Below, piece by piece: positions 33,841-48,224 of a stretch of 64,000 nucleotides of DNA. Source of the stretch: Phoronis australis. Lineage: Eukaryota > Animalia > Phoronida. Under the pieces are notes generated by a model. That model was given only the letters and a program-made list of their open reading frames with translations, had not been told where the DNA came from and did not search any database. A program made the position numbers and the translations under genes. Position 1 is the first letter of the stretch, and each line of letters begins with the position of its first letter. The stretch is from assembly GCA_002633005.1 (NCBI GenBank), contig NMRA01000722.1:117165-181164 (forward strand), given 5' to 3'.

Positions 33841-36800
33841 GGCAACGGTTTTAGCTTCACAACAAGATGCCGATTCACAACTCGGCTAGAGACCAAATCG
33901 ATTCAAGTTGGCTGTTACGTTAAAACCTTTTCCGGGTTACAGTTATGCTTCTAATTTCCATGTACTTTTGCATGTTTCTTTTAAAATAAAATACTCTAAT
34001 TATGATGTATATAAGTTAGTCGTATTTTGTATCAAAATTTGCGCAAAGGAACTCTCGTAATATAACTAAGTTCTAAACTTCCTTTCTACGCACCAAGGGG
34101 TGTTGCATTAGTCATTCAATAGCCACCCAGGGGTGTTGTATCAGGCATTCAACAGCCAACAAGGATAGCAGCACCAGCGACAGAAATTCTCCGGGGGTAC
34201 TCCCATGGGAGTAACGTGTCACTCAAACGCCAGATGACTACTTAACTGCCAGTTACAGTGGCGGATCTAGGATATCACAAGGGGGGCCAACATTTTGTCC
34301 GGCTGTAAGCTTTTGTGCAAACTGAACCACGATTGTAGATGCGCATAGCACCGAATGGGGGGAGGTCGGGAGGAGGGCAAACCCCCTTCCCGCCCAGGAA
34401 ATTTTTCTGTTTTTACCTCTAAAAATCAAGCATTTTGCTTGATTCCTGAAGTATTATCCAAGAAAAAAAAGGCAAAAAAAAAAAACAAAAAAAACGGAGA
34501 AAGCGTAAAACAGGAAGAACTGCAAGTTTCAAAGACTCAGTCGAACCTACTTGTTTATGGTCCACAGCGTTTGCGCGCGAAACCTACTTCTTTTTGTAAT
34601 GCTTATTACATGTTTTATATTTTGTGCCATCGATTCTTAACAAATTTGTCGTATTTAAAGTAGTCTTCAAATGCCAAAAAGACCAAATCCGTTTTTCGTG
34701 TTGGCAATAATGACGGGATTGCTTTGGAAATCGTCTTAAGATAAAGTTTGGCAGAGATAGTATTGCGAGTTTCTGAGTGATTCACTAAGGCCCCTCCCCC
34801 CCCCTAAATCCGCATACGAGTTAAATGTTTCCTTACGAAAGAGTACCCTTTCGAACTGACTAAATATTACAGGCTAAAGGGTCCACCCGGTTCAAAATGG
34901 ATAGGTGACCTAGCTTCATTGCAGCTGATTAGCCGGGTCATCGGATCAACTTTAAACTCTAAACAGAGCGTTCTCACTGACTACCGCAGCCGGACGATGC
35001 GTATACATCCGAAATAATATGTTGTATAAAAACTTTGCATATTCAGTGTTTAGCCTATTAGACTCACTGAACAGTCGGAGTTAAAAAACGCACTCCAGTG
35101 AGTGTCGCTCTTTAATTGTCAGCAGTGGATACACTAACACGCGGTTGGATGTATCATATCTCAGTGTCTGTCCATTTTTAATAGTTAGGCTAATTCAAAT
35201 TACTGAGGAGCCAGATTCTTAGCCCAATTCAGAAACCTAAATATCCGCCGTTGTCAAGTTAAGATTCACCTCGGTGCGCGTGCATAAACGACAGCTTCTC
35301 ACCTTAAGTGTTGGCAATGTCAGGAAAGCCCATGATATCACTCGGCTAAATCACAGACATAGGATTTTTTCGGTGGGTACGCATCGACTTCTTGCCGAAA
35401 GGTCGGTGTCAATTCTATAATTGCATTTGTGCACGTACGTGAGAGAACTACCGGTACCCATTCTTAAGGACCAATTTCCTACACTGAAGAACGGACATCA
35501 AGATATCAAGACGGTTTTCAAAACCCTGAACCCCTGCAATTAGCGAAAAAAATGTTTTCGTTTGATNTAACTGCAACATTATTTTGACTACAGTCCCCTT
35601 TTAAGTGTTGGCAATGTCAGGAAAGCCCATGATATCACTCGGCTAAATCACAGACATAGGATTTTTTCGGTGGGTACGCATCGACTTCTTGCCGAAAGGT
35701 CGGTGTCAATTCTATAATTGCATTTGTGCACGTACGTGAGAGAACTACCGGTACCCATTTTTAAGGACCAATTTCCTACACTGAAGAACGGACATCAAGA
35801 TATCAAGACGGTTTTCAAAACCCTGAACCCCTGCAATTAGCGAAAAAAATGTTTTCGTTTGATCCTGTGAGGCCCGAGTCTCAGCGTGGAGTCGACCCGG
35901 GAACCCCCGGGGTCGCAGTCTGTGTCATACTTGTTCTGTAACTTCATTCCGGGGGGGCTCCAGAGTCCATGTTTTCTAAAGTGATTTTCATGATTTAATT
36001 GTCTTGAAACCTCATTGAACCTGACTGTAATCTCGAGCACAGTTCCGTGTTCCAGTGATTTCATATTCGTTCACTTTCCATCATTGACGCTATATATTGT
36101 TATTCATAATAAATAGTGGTACTAGATGTAGTTCTAGGTCCATAGAACCATTCTTGGTACTCTTGTTTACCGCACTGACAGAGATAACCATTTCATTGCC
36201 ACGCCCCTTCACGGGTGTCCTAGTAAATTCAAAGACCATATCCCGTCAATCAAAATATTGCTTATAAGACACCGCATTAAATTTTAATGGCTATGGAAAT
36301 CAATACACGCCAGTACACGCCGCTCCACTGAGATCCTAGCGCGAGTGTGCCCTGTAATACTACTGCAGCTTGCATGTTTCATGATGCAATGTCATAGAGT
36401 AAAAGATTACTTGAACTGAAACTTGAAATCTGGAACCATGCTTGAGATTACAGGCTTCATACAAGAGAATAAAACCGTAACAATTACAGCCGAAGCATAG
36501 TTTCGCCATTGAAAACTGAAATGAAATAACAATAGACCGACCACGGACCCTAAACTTTGCTCGAAATGACAGTCGAAAGCATTTTTAAAACTGGTGTTAA
36601 AAACGTCGTCCTTCATTTCTGCGAATGTCTAGCAGGCAACGACAAGAATTGTTGACGGTTTTATAACACAGGTCACAGCTGATCTTCATCAAATCCATTC
36701 CATCTAACAATAATCCTCAAAATGCAACCAGATACGGTATTTCCAGACAAAAAAGCAAAATATCATTTTGTAATGTCAGGCATCAAAAGCAATATTAAGC

Positions 36801-39527
36801 GACTATTTCTGCATTTGATAATTTGTTCTTCCGTTTCCGAACAATTTTTGAGGGTATCCGCGACATGTTGTCAATATACACGACATGTTGTTTGTCAGTT
36901 CGGTGGACGAAGCGTCTCTCGACCTTCCTTGTTGTTGACTGGGTTCACTGCGGCCAATGAGATCAAACCAATTTTGAACATTACGAGTTTGATTTGACCT
37001 TATTACCGATGCGTAAGACTTTAAATCAGTTACAGGGGCAAACAGCATTAAGGTTTTGTCAAGTAACTGATACGGTAGTCATGTAAACGTTTCTATGGAT
37101 ATTCGAACGAGAAAACGAGAGCGGCATATTGAGCGTGAGGCGTTTGAGTTCATGTTATCTAAATAAATATAAATTCGTCCGTCATGGAGAGTATTTTTGA
37201 CGTTATTTGCTTGCACCGATTGACAACAGTGTGGGGAATTACACTTTCTATATTTCTATCTGAATATCCGTCGTTTAGGTTGGCTGATCTTTGAAAAAAT
37301 ACTATCTTAACGTTTTGAGTTTCTAAATTTTACGCACCGACCTGCTAAATTAGGTAAGGTGTTTACGAGACAAATTATTTTCCAATCCTAACAGTTTTCA
37401 GAAGCAAAAGCAATCAATGAACAACAAAGGCATTTTAGTTGTAAAATATCCTTTTATCCACAAGATATATTATGCTATGTATTGATAAGGCGAATTACTT
37501 GCATGGGGCAAAACAAATTACGTGTTTCATATTTAATTATGGGGTACAGTAATTACGCTGTCATAACTAATTGACATCAAACGGTGTCGGAACCTTGAAC
37601 TCAGCCTTTGGAATTTGTGTTGATAGTTATCCAACATTTCAAACACTGCTGTAAAAAAATAAACACTATTATGACTTTTTAATGGTTACAATAATTTGAA
37701 ACACCTATATAAACAAGGGTGTTGAATTAAACTATGTAATACCCTTATTATGTGGAGTAAATATGTAAATTCATTGAAGGATTAATTTAATGTGAGTGGT
37801 GTTTTCACGTTCCCATGACTTGCTAGGGGTAGTTTACCGGCACCATTCTATGGTAATTTCAACCGCGGTTATTTGGACTACGAGCAATTTATGAAAGGGC
37901 GTGAGACCTTGGGCGCGAGACCTTGAGCAACCCTTTGGTTATATCGTGGTGTCAGAGTCAAAAAATGTATTTGGAATGCGCGTGGTTGAACTTTTTGTAA
38001 AATTCGAACGTTCCCCATAAGCGGGTTAGGACATCTTAGTAGCACTTCGTGAAAGAGCTATTAATCTTTTGTATTACCCTCGATTCGCTTTACAAAAATA
38101 CATAAAGCCAGAAGAGAGCCAGTAAAATTACAAACCATATCTCTAATGCGCATGTGGCTCTATAGTTATGCGGCTTTGTACCGGTAACATTTCAATATTG
38201 TTATTACAAACGGGTCCTGAATAGCTGCTGTTTATTACTACATTGGTCAGGTCGCTATGAAAACACAAAGGTTAACCCTGCTAGGTTTGTGATGTCCTAA
38301 GTACAAGATGTCAGCCGCTCTACCTGTATTATTATCGTTATCACCTGTAAATGCTTAGAACGTAAATCCAGGAATGGACAGATATACGCTAAAGCAGCAA
38401 ATGTCCACGACCTGTTGTTTGGGTAGACTGTGTTGCTGATCGCGATCAAGTTTGTGGTCAGATATTTACTTGTGACCCGCGGGTATTGACGACAGTCAGG
38501 TCGAGCAAGTCAAAGGAAACGGAACGAGTCACAGCAAGGTAAGATGTACACTTTTTATACGTAACTTTTCAGGTAAGCCTACCAGGATCATCTTTTTAAA
38601 ATATCTTCAAATGCTAATTTCAAATCATTAAAACTTATTTTTACATTCCTGGGCGACTGACACGTATTATGCGCCCCAAAATAATGACTTATTAGTGTTG
38701 TGACGACCATTTGATGAAGGTGTCATTTTGTCTCCGGGCGTTACAATTTCTAAATTAAAACTGTGTAACGTTCTTACTAAAATTCTGATAAGAGTAATAA
38801 CTTATCTAGAAGAAAAATAATAAAGCAACTCAGTACCACAGTTAGGAAGAACACAAACGTCATATTCCGAGGTGTAAAAAAAAACAAATTGTGAAAACGT
38901 TGTCCATCAATCAACACTAATATTGCTTTTGAATATACTAGTTTGAAAAGCAACCAAATTAAGGGCGAGTATCTCACAAGTACATATCAAATTGTTTGTT
39001 GATATGTACGAACTTACAGTGTGAATGAAATAACAGATACTCACAATATCATTACGTCAAAACAGATTGGTATTGATGTCTCAGTGTCTTACTCTCCGCT
39101 ACGTACAGCCACACCATTTCAAATGTTGACAAGATGGATGTAATGTTATGTTTTTAGGACCCTAGAAAGATCTTTAATTTTGGCGAACTTCGCCACATTG
39201 TATCTCATAAGTGGCTGAAAGGATTCATACAAAACTTGCAAAAACTATGTATGCGCTGTTCTCGCTGTAATGAGTTATTTTTAAAATGTTCCACTTTTCC
39301 GTTAGAAACTATACGACTTGAAATACTTTTGAACATTCATGTCACACGAAATTTAATCACTTGATCCTAGTGTTTTGCTATGAATGAACCTTTTTGGCAA
39401 ATTTTACTAAAAAGCATGGCCACGTGAGCCTATTGATAACAGATTGGTATTAAGCCAACTGTCAAATTATGCGGAATTTCTACTTTCAGAAAATGACTGT
39501 ACTTCGGGAGCAAGTTTTCGGTTATAC

Positions 39528-39856
39528 AGAATTTGTTAAATGCATGACACTTTTCATTGTTCACAGTCTTTATTCCGTTACGCTCATACTTTCGGAACAA
39601 AACTCTACTCTCAACTGAACATAGATACAGTAACTGACCTAGCGACATAATTAAAAGACTCATTCCGTTGCGCTCATACTTTCGGAACAAAACTCTACTC
39701 TCAACTGAACATAGATACAATAACTGACCTAGCGACATAATTAAAAGTTACTGTATCTATGTTCAGTTGAGAGTAGAGTTTTGTTCCGAAAGTATGAGCG
39801 CAACGGAATAAAGACTGTGAACAATGAAAAGTGTCGTGCATTTAGAAATTCTTTCA
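39528..39856. mobile_element. Foldback/hairpin element with internal ~90-bp tandem duplication
   Basis: 39537-39636 is the near-perfect reverse complement of 39746-39844; part of the left arm is duplicated at 39662-39746. Confidence 0.8.
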
Positions 39857-42481
39857 GAAAATATATACTTTTACTGAGCTACAAACTATAGTTTTATAAA
39901 TATTTGGCTTATTGCTCAGACTTGTCAATAAGATGATACATGGCCTTATAGGATATTTCAACTGCAGACCAGCCGCGACACGTCTTTTGTATTTTTTGAT
40001 AGATTCAAAGTGAAATTTATAATACAACTGTTAAACACATTGTCTTGACACGTGATTCGTTGAGGTTTTGTAATGTTTGTGTTGTTGCGTAAACTTTTCC
40101 CAACAGACATAATCCACCCACCGATTTAAGGTTATGCAGGACCCGAAAAAGATGTCGAAATTTGGCGAAATTCAGAAAGTCATATCTCAGATTTGGCTGA
40201 TCGAATTCAGATGACTGATGCAGGTCCACGCACTGTTCTCCAAAACGCTGTTTGGCTTTAAAAATGGTCCACTTTATCAAAATATGTAATTGTTATGGCT
40301 TTCATGAACAAAATAAAAAATTGCATAAAACGAAAACGAAATCATAATTTATAAAGTTTTAACAGTGTTTTGAGATTTCATCTTGAACATTTACTTCAAA
40401 CGAAATGGGGTCGTACTATTAATCCCGTTGTTTTGCAATCATTGTATTTGTCTTTTTGGTAAATTTCAGTTGAAAGGCATTGTCACGTGACCCAATTGAC
40501 GGCACATTGGTTTAAAGTCAAAAATCAAATTCTGTAAGTTTTCTGAAATATATATTTTTACTGAGTTAAATATATAGTTTTGCGGATAGTTGGCTAAAAA
40601 CATAATCTTGTCGATAGGGTTATAATGTCGTCATTTGCCACCGTCAACAAAAACTGACACGTACCGATGTTGACGAATATTGTATCTCTATGAAAGATAT
40701 GGTGGTCGCATAGAGCATGGGAATATCCCTGGGCAAACGATTCATCAAAGTTCAAGTGGTAGGTTTAAATAAAACCTATGATTACTTCTATGGATGCTTT
40801 GATCGAAAACCACCGGTAAAACGGGTGTTGAAGTATGATTACCAGGGGGAAGACGAACCAATTGACTATAACACAAGGGGACGTGATAATACAGTCGCAC
40901 GTCTACTATACTTTCAAAAGCAAATCTTTATTACTGAGGAGCAGCTAGCAGAACGGTCGGGGATTATGTGAAAGAGATAGGCCTCAGGAGCCGGGACAAG
41001 ACTCCGCATGTCACTGAAGTGTTTCATCTCAATGGGTTAGAAGACATAGACGCTTTGCGCACAGACACAAAAGTGCGATCTCTGCATGATACCACTTCTG
41101 CACTTTTCAATCACGTCACATGTCTCAGTGGCAGGTGTGTATTGCACAATAAAGGTCTACATGCATGTTGGAGACACCGTCTGCTTGTGCATGTCCCAAT
41201 TCATCTCACGAGAGCTAGCTCACCGATTTCGTAAAGTCAAGGAGTGCACCAGCGACTATGTATAAGCAGACGACACTTGCACGACTGTTTTGCACAATAT
41301 TATTCGTTACTTTTTCTTTAACATTTTCCGGAATTTAAAAATATTGCACGACACACAAAACCTGCCTCTGTTGGAATAAAATATCCGCACTTGTCTACAG
41401 ACATTTTCAAAAGCGTAATATGTTGTCTTTTAGGGAAAACCCACCCAAAAAGAGTTATTTGAAAATGTTGATAGGCTAAATTTCTCCATAAAGAAAACTT
41501 TCAACAATCTTTAGAGGCGTAAGGCGTACGTGGTTACGTTTTGCACGCTAAGAGTTTGAAAATGTCGTCAACTATCAACTTGAATGAATAATATTGCGCA
41601 AGTTAAATAAAAGAGATAACACTTACAGATTGGACCAAATCGCTACGAGCGGCGTTGATCTTATACCCTGTAATGTCCGATCTTTTTACAGGACTCGCGG
41701 ATGTTCAATTGCCAAGTTAAGGTTATGTAGAACCATATACGCAAGTCTGCTTGTTCATAAAAAGTCCTATTTTTTGATAGCCCATCATGCAAAAATGGAA
41801 CTTCTAAAAACAATTACAAATACATGATTTTTGGAGAGCAGTGCACATAGCATAGTTTGTGAACGTTTCATATGAATCCGAACAGTCATGTCTGAGACAT
41901 GACGAGCCGAAAGTCATCAAGTTTGGACATTTTCTAGAGTGAAAGATATTCTTAGATGATAACAACAGCTACAGAGCACGTGCACACGTGGTTCAGCATG
42001 CAGGGACTGTACTTCACACGTGGTTGAGCATATAGGAAGTGTAGAGGCGATTGGTAGAAAACTAAGCTATCAAGTGCATAAGAAATCCGTTTCGGAAATT
42101 GGCATACCGATTACCGGTACATAAAATGCTTAAGTTTAGGTCACAAAAATTACCGTAAACGGCTTAAACTACTTTTAAGTGTTTAAAAACACTTACCGAT
42201 TGTGAATGTAAAAATATGATATTGGGCAAAAACAAGATAGAAACGTATTGCATCACGGAATTGTCACATCTTACGACACAAACTATATATATAAGGGGGT
42301 TTCAACTTTCTGATTTTCAATAGTGTATTAAAACGTGGCTATAGTCATCGATTTTGCAGACTAAATTACAATTGGGAACAGTCAATTCACCGTCACGACA
42401 CAAAGATGAATAGCAAAGGCATTCAAGTAATTGTGCAGTATTGAAATGCCATAACGTTATTATCTTTGTTTTTTTTTCCAG

Positions 42482-43633
42482 TTGAATGGTTTGAAAAAGA
42501 ATAACCTATCTGTCTCTGAAGCGGACAACAACTTAAGTGACAAAATGGACGACGATGTTCCGACATTCAACACACCACGGAACTCGTTTTCGGAAAGCCC
42601 ACCAGAAAAGCCGAAATGGGTTACTAGCAAGACCAATGCCATAAAAGAGATAGAAGAATGGGCAACAGACAGTTTATCTGAAGGATTAACGCATGAGCTC
42701 GCGCGCACGTGTGGACAGCTTCCTGACAACGTGACGGAGGCGCGAATGCTCAAGGCAAAAATTTATGAACTTTCAAAAGAAAGATACAAATTCAAAGCTC
42801 AAACAGACTTTGAGAAAAAAATGTTTCTGGATAGACAGCAAAGAAAGACTGCATATTTAAAAGATTTGCTAAGAGGTGTTTCAATGGATGTAACACCACG
42901 TCGTCAGAGCTGGACGGCTCCCCCGAGCCACAGCAGTGCTCGGATGTCGTTTCTTAATCGCATGGACGTTAGTAGGTGCAGTGACAGACCCAAAGAAGTG
43001 TTAGAGGCTGAGGAACAAATACTTCGAGAACAAGAAGAAAAGCTTTCTCAGAGAGCAAAAGTTCGCATGCCACTTATCAAAAGCGCCAGTGCTACTACTG
43101 GTGAGAGAAGAAGAAAGAAAGGTGCGAAATCAGCAACATGCAAGTGGTCGACTGCCACGCCTTTACATTACAGCACAGATCCAAGTATCCGACAAGGCGA
43201 TACAAGTCACGGGGTGAATCAGAAATTGCCTGATGTAAAATTAGATCCATCGGGAACTATACCAATGGTACAAGCAACACCCCATGAAAGTAAAAGTTTA
43301 ACAGAAGCTCATTCGAGTGGGCCACCGGTTCGTCAAAATTTACTTAGGAAAAGAGAAGACGAGCGCTCAAAAACAAGGGTTCAGTTTGCAGAAGCACCAG
43401 CAACAAGAGCGTCATCATCCAAAAAACGAAAAGGCCCAGTGAACGACTCCAGATTTTATTCTTTAACAAATGCGCTATCCGGCGTCTATACCTGTGACAA
43501 ACCCCAGGATATCTCGACAATAGTGCGAAGTATCGAGTCACTGCATACTAAACCTAAACATCCTCAGGACGCTAGGCCAAAAGTGACAAAGAAAATTAAA
43601 GAGTTCATGAGATCAAGAGGGATCGTGTTTTGA
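42482..43633 (+). CDS. Uncharacterised basic protein, large terminal coding exon (first in-frame ATG at 42545)
   Basis: 383-codon non-repetitive open frame beginning right after a strong acceptor (tttttttccag|, 42481); coiled-coil-like segments; no family recognised. Candidate upstream donor AAG|GTAAGA at 38538. Confidence 0.75.
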   Translation: MNGLKKNNLSVSEADNNLSDKMDDDVPTFNTPRNSFSESPPEKPKWVTSKTNAIKEIEEWATDSLSEGLTHELARTCGQLPDNVTEARMLKAKIYELSKERYKFKAQTDFEKKMFLDRQQRKTAYLKDLLRGVSMDVTPRRQSWTAPPSHSSARMSFLNRMDVSRCSDRPKEVLEAEEQILREQEEKLSQRAKVRMPLIKSASATTGERRRKKGAKSATCKWSTATPLHYSTDPSIRQGDTSHGVNQKLPDVKLDPSGTIPMVQATPHESKSLTEAHSSGPPVRQNLLRKREDERSKTRVQFAEAPATRASSSKKRKGPVNDSRFYSLTNALSGVYTCDKPQDISTIVRSIESLHTKPKHPQDARPKVTKKIKEFMRSRGIVF

Positions 43634-45089
43634 AACTCGGAAACCGTACTTCGGGTGTTTTAAACCTTCTCAGAATAAGTTTGAGAGACCTAGACTGAAG
43701 CTGATGCTAGCGAGATCATTTTCTTGATATAGTGTGGCGCAGTTTTTATATGTCGGGGTAAAGATCGGTGACAGCAATACTTTTTCGGCCTTTTTAAAGC
43801 TATTATGCACAGAATGCCTCAATTAGGCTATTGAAACCTTAAATAAGGTCAAGTCCGTATCTGCACACGCTGGGTGTCAACTACGCAGTAATTATAATTT
43901 AGGGGCAGTTTTGACATTTGTGGTGTGCTTGGAATTTCGATGTCTTGTACATTTTGGTTGGGGTGCAAAAAATAGTCACGACAAAAGGCCCGTTCAAGCG
44001 AGTCCCTTTTGCGTATTCTTTTTCAAAAGTATTTGCCGGATTTTCCCACATTTTTACAAACGTGAATGAACTTAATAACTTCGCAATTTTGTGGGGTTCT
44101 CGACAGATTTTCAAGATTCCGAAAAAATCTGCAAAGTCTCGCATCTCAGCTAAGCGGCCAAAGCAGGCATCAAACGGATTATTTATACTTGAATGGCAAC
44201 ACGCTGTGCAGTCGCGTGCGCCTAGTGTCATACTGCAGCGAATTAAAATGGTTCAACAGTAGACAAGACAATGATTCTTCATTGCGTGACAATCATGTTT
44301 AATTGTTCATAATAATAACCATTTAACACTTTCAATTACAAAAGAATCGTTTGTTATAAAGATCATGTAACAATGTCATTTACAAACGAAAATCAATACC
44401 CAATTATGAAATAATAAATACTTAATTCCACATCACTCGGTTTCTATTCACTAAATACCAAGGAAATGTAACTGATTGTATCATAGACCGCTGTGGTATG
44501 TCATGTGGAGCACAGTTTTCAAGTGAGGCTTGGAGCTTGAAAATAAAATAATTGCTGGCGACATGGCACACTACTTACCAAATAACAGAATGAAAATCAA
44601 AATTCACAAGCATTTTCAATAGTTTACTATATGTTAGCGACCAGAGATGTGTTTAGCCCTCTCAATTCCTTGAATCTGCCAATGCATTTAACCTCACATA
44701 AAGTGGCACCCAACTTTGCATGGATTGCTGGGATTGGATGAAAACAGACTAAACATGAAAGCATACAAGTAACAAGCTAGTAACAATGAACACACTATCA
44801 ATCACACATTTTAATTTTAAGTTCTAATCATGTATGCAACAAAACACAGAGGGTTGAATGTCTTCCATTTTCCTTTTAAACATAAAATAAAAACTTAAAC
44901 AAAATGACCAATGTTGTTATTCTTAAGTTACATAGGGTAAAATGCAGGATTATACATAAAGCTAAAAAATCTACAGTTTGGACCACTGGGACAAAATACG
45001 AAATAGGGGTATCTCGAAAATTGTTGAAATTAGGGAGCAGTAGTTCAAACACTGTGGCCTAAGCCTGGGATATGACTAAAGCCCCAAAC

Positions 45090-45316
45090 TATAAACAGTC
45101 TGGAGCCCTAGTCATTATAATAAACAGTCTGGAGCACTAGTCATTATAATAAACAGTCTGGAGCCCTAGACATTATAATAAACAGTCCGGAGCACTAGTC
45201 ATTCCAATAGTCTGGAGCCCTAGTCATTATAATAAACAGTCTGGAGCACTAGTCATTATAATATACAGTCTGGAGCACTAGTCATTATAAACAGTCTGGA
45301 GCCTTAGTCACTATAA
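45090..45316. repeat. ~29-bp tandem repeat (~8 copies)
   Basis: Unit aaacagtctggagc(a/c)ctagtcattataat. Confidence 0.92.
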
Positions 45317-45851
45317 TTTCCCAAGTTACTCAAGAAACCTTAATCCAGCATTGTGTATAAGTAAGATTGGCACAGTCATACATAATTTCATCTCTTGCAA
45401 AAATGCTTATAAATGCTTGGCTAACAAAGTTCACAGGCTGTCATTGTTATTTCAATCTCCTGAGTCTAAAACAGAAAAAAACAAAGCCATCAACGAATAT
45501 TTTGGATGAGCTATTATGCCACATTTCTTATTTAGGTGGTAAAGCATTTGACTTTTAATTTAGCTTAGTCTCCTGTGACTTTAAGAATCAATGCCATCTC
45601 TGAGAAGAGTATAGACTACCCACAATTCGACAGTGACAGCCGTCTTTTGACAAAATTTTGATTCTGCTTATTACATTAGTTTTCAGGACAGAACAAACTA
45701 TAAAATGCATCTACTAATATTTCAGACACTTTTACCGAGGCAATATCTGGGACTCTTGCAAAGAAATCACAGAAAACAGAAAAAATCAATGAGTACAAAG
45801 GAATGTAAATTTAGATTCATGAAGAACAAACCATGTACAGTGTTACATCTT

Positions 45852-47125
45852 AGCATCGCGGAGCGTTGAAATGCGCCCACGAATGCATTGCAAATGGTGT
45901 GCTTTTAGGGTTATTTATTTGTATCATAAAAATGGCCACTAGATGGCACAAAAACATACAATCCATCCAAAAGCAGGAACATGCCATATTTCATAAAAAT
46001 CTGTCAAGGAACTTCAGAGAAAAAAGGAAAACAGAATAAAATGAAATTGCCACTAGTGGGCACAGTATCCATTGGGTCCGCCTGAAAGTCGTCATCGTCT
46101 GTTGTTATCTTCATATAAATACACTTACTAAATTTACCAAAGATCCTGCAGTGGGTTTTAGAGATACAACTATGGGTGCAAAACAAAACTACCACTAGGA
46201 GGCGCCACAGTATTCAGTCACCATCATCAAACGTCGTCTTCACACTGAGAACAAATATGCCAATTTTCAAATGATTTGGTTGATACAGGGGTGGACACCA
46301 AAAACGAAATTTGAAAACAGCAAAAATGGCCACTAGGTGGTGCAAAATACCTCGATTCCATCCAAAAACAGGAAGATAACGTCATCACACCAATAGATGC
46401 CTATATTTGAAATTTTATGAAAATCTGTTGAGGACCTTTGAAGATACTGAGTTAAACGTAAAAAAATAAAATTGCCACTAGGGGGCACAGCAGTAGTCAG
46501 ATCTGTCCAAAAGTCATCGTCATTCGTAGTCAACATCATATAAATACACTTGCTAAATTAAGTAAAGATCCTGTAAACGGTTTAGGAGATACAGCCATAG
46601 GCGCAATAAAAACAAAACTGCCACTAGGAGGTGCCACAGTTGTCGAAATCGTCAGAAAATCATTGTCAACCGTCCTCTTTATAGTAAGCACATACATGCC
46701 AATTTTCACAATCATCCTTTAAGCGGTTTAGTTGATAGAGGGGTGGACGCAAAAACAGACTCGAAAACAGTAAAATTGGCCACTAGGTGGCGCAAATTAC
46801 ACCGAATCCATCCGAAAACGGAAAGATAGCGTCATCTCACTAATAGGTGCCTACATACCAAATTTCATGAAAATCCGTTCAGGACTTTTGAAGATACAAA
46901 GGTAAGTGTAAAAAACTAAAATTGCCACTAGATGGCACACCGGTAGTCGGATCAGTGCGAAAGTTCGCTCACGTCGTCCAATTCATAAATGGAAGATATA
47001 TGTCAAATTTCATGAACGTATGTCACAGGGTTTTGGAGCAGCGGACCCGGACGGACGCCGCCCGGACGGACGGAGATGATCGCATAATGCGTCCACATAT
47101 AAATATGATGTGGGCGCATAAAAAT
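45852..47125 (-). mobile_element. Helentron-associated (HINE-like) element, inverted copy of the 9981-13119 family
   Basis: Termini gtgggcgcataaaaa (47110-47124) and cggagcgttgaaatgcgcccacgaatgca (~45859-45887); internal aaattgccactag blocks. Confidence 0.75.
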
Positions 47126-48224
47126 GAGGGAACTGAGTTGTCAACTATTGCATGAAAAATGTTTTGGCTTTGGATTAGTGTTTTACCCAAACACTGATGG
47201 TTCACTTTGAGCCCAAATCATGAAAAATTCTGCAGAAGAAATCTAACAGATAGACCATTGCAAATAAAGTTAATGGTTTTGCGCAATATAAAAATACAGA
47301 TAAAAAACTATAGAAGCAATTATAACATTTTTTGTTCTTTGAAAATAGTAAAAGTGAGCCATCATGAAAACTTTCTGGTAATAATGGTCCCTCTGTGTCT
47401 GAATTACCTTGAGTATTTAGTGTTAAGAGCAGTAACAATGGTTTTTATGTACTGCGTAGGTCTTTTTACCAGAGGTGTAATGTGGGGGAACATAGGGGTG
47501 TAATGTGGGGGAACATAGGACAGCATCATCCCCTTCATCCTCCCAGCCAGGTACACGTCCTCATTGAGACTAAATTAAAATCCCCATCCACTGTCATGTT
47601 AAATGTGAAGCATTTGAAAGCAGACATAATCTCTAAACACCATTTTATCCACAGAACAACTTGGTCAGGTTCAAAAACCTGAAAAAGGGCTCCAACCATG
47701 AACACAACAAAATTGGCAAGATCAATTTGTTCTAATGTATGCAGCCCACAGACATGAATAGCAGGCTGTACATCAAGCCAAAACCATATAAAACAAGAAA
47801 TGGGCACTGCACGGGCTAATAGTTAATTCCCTATTCATTTCTAAAGAATCATGTTACAGTACAAACAGCACTTATGGTAAAGTCACCAATTCAGCACACA
47901 ATATGGCTGACAAATGAAATTTTATTTTTTCATAATAAGTATGCAGCAATTAGTGCTTTACCATGTTCATCTACTTTACCAAAGCTACCACTAGAAAATA
48001 TTTTGAAAAAGTATGTGGACATTCACGACATTATTAGAAGACATTCAAAAAATGAAAAAAGGAAAATTTTGACAACTGGCCAAATTGGAGATTTAATCAT
48101 ACTATTAGTTTGCTCACTAAGCACAGGCTTTTCATCCTCTTTTGCAAGTCCTAAGTACACATGTAATGTAGGGTAGACCAGCCCTACAGTGTAACTATGA
48201 GGAATACCGTAGGGTAGACTATCA

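Noticed and set aside
35303-35863. Near-exact ~264-bp direct repeat that could be taken for LTRs
   Set aside because: Copies flank the n at 35567; typical contig-overlap artefact, with no PBS or PPT.
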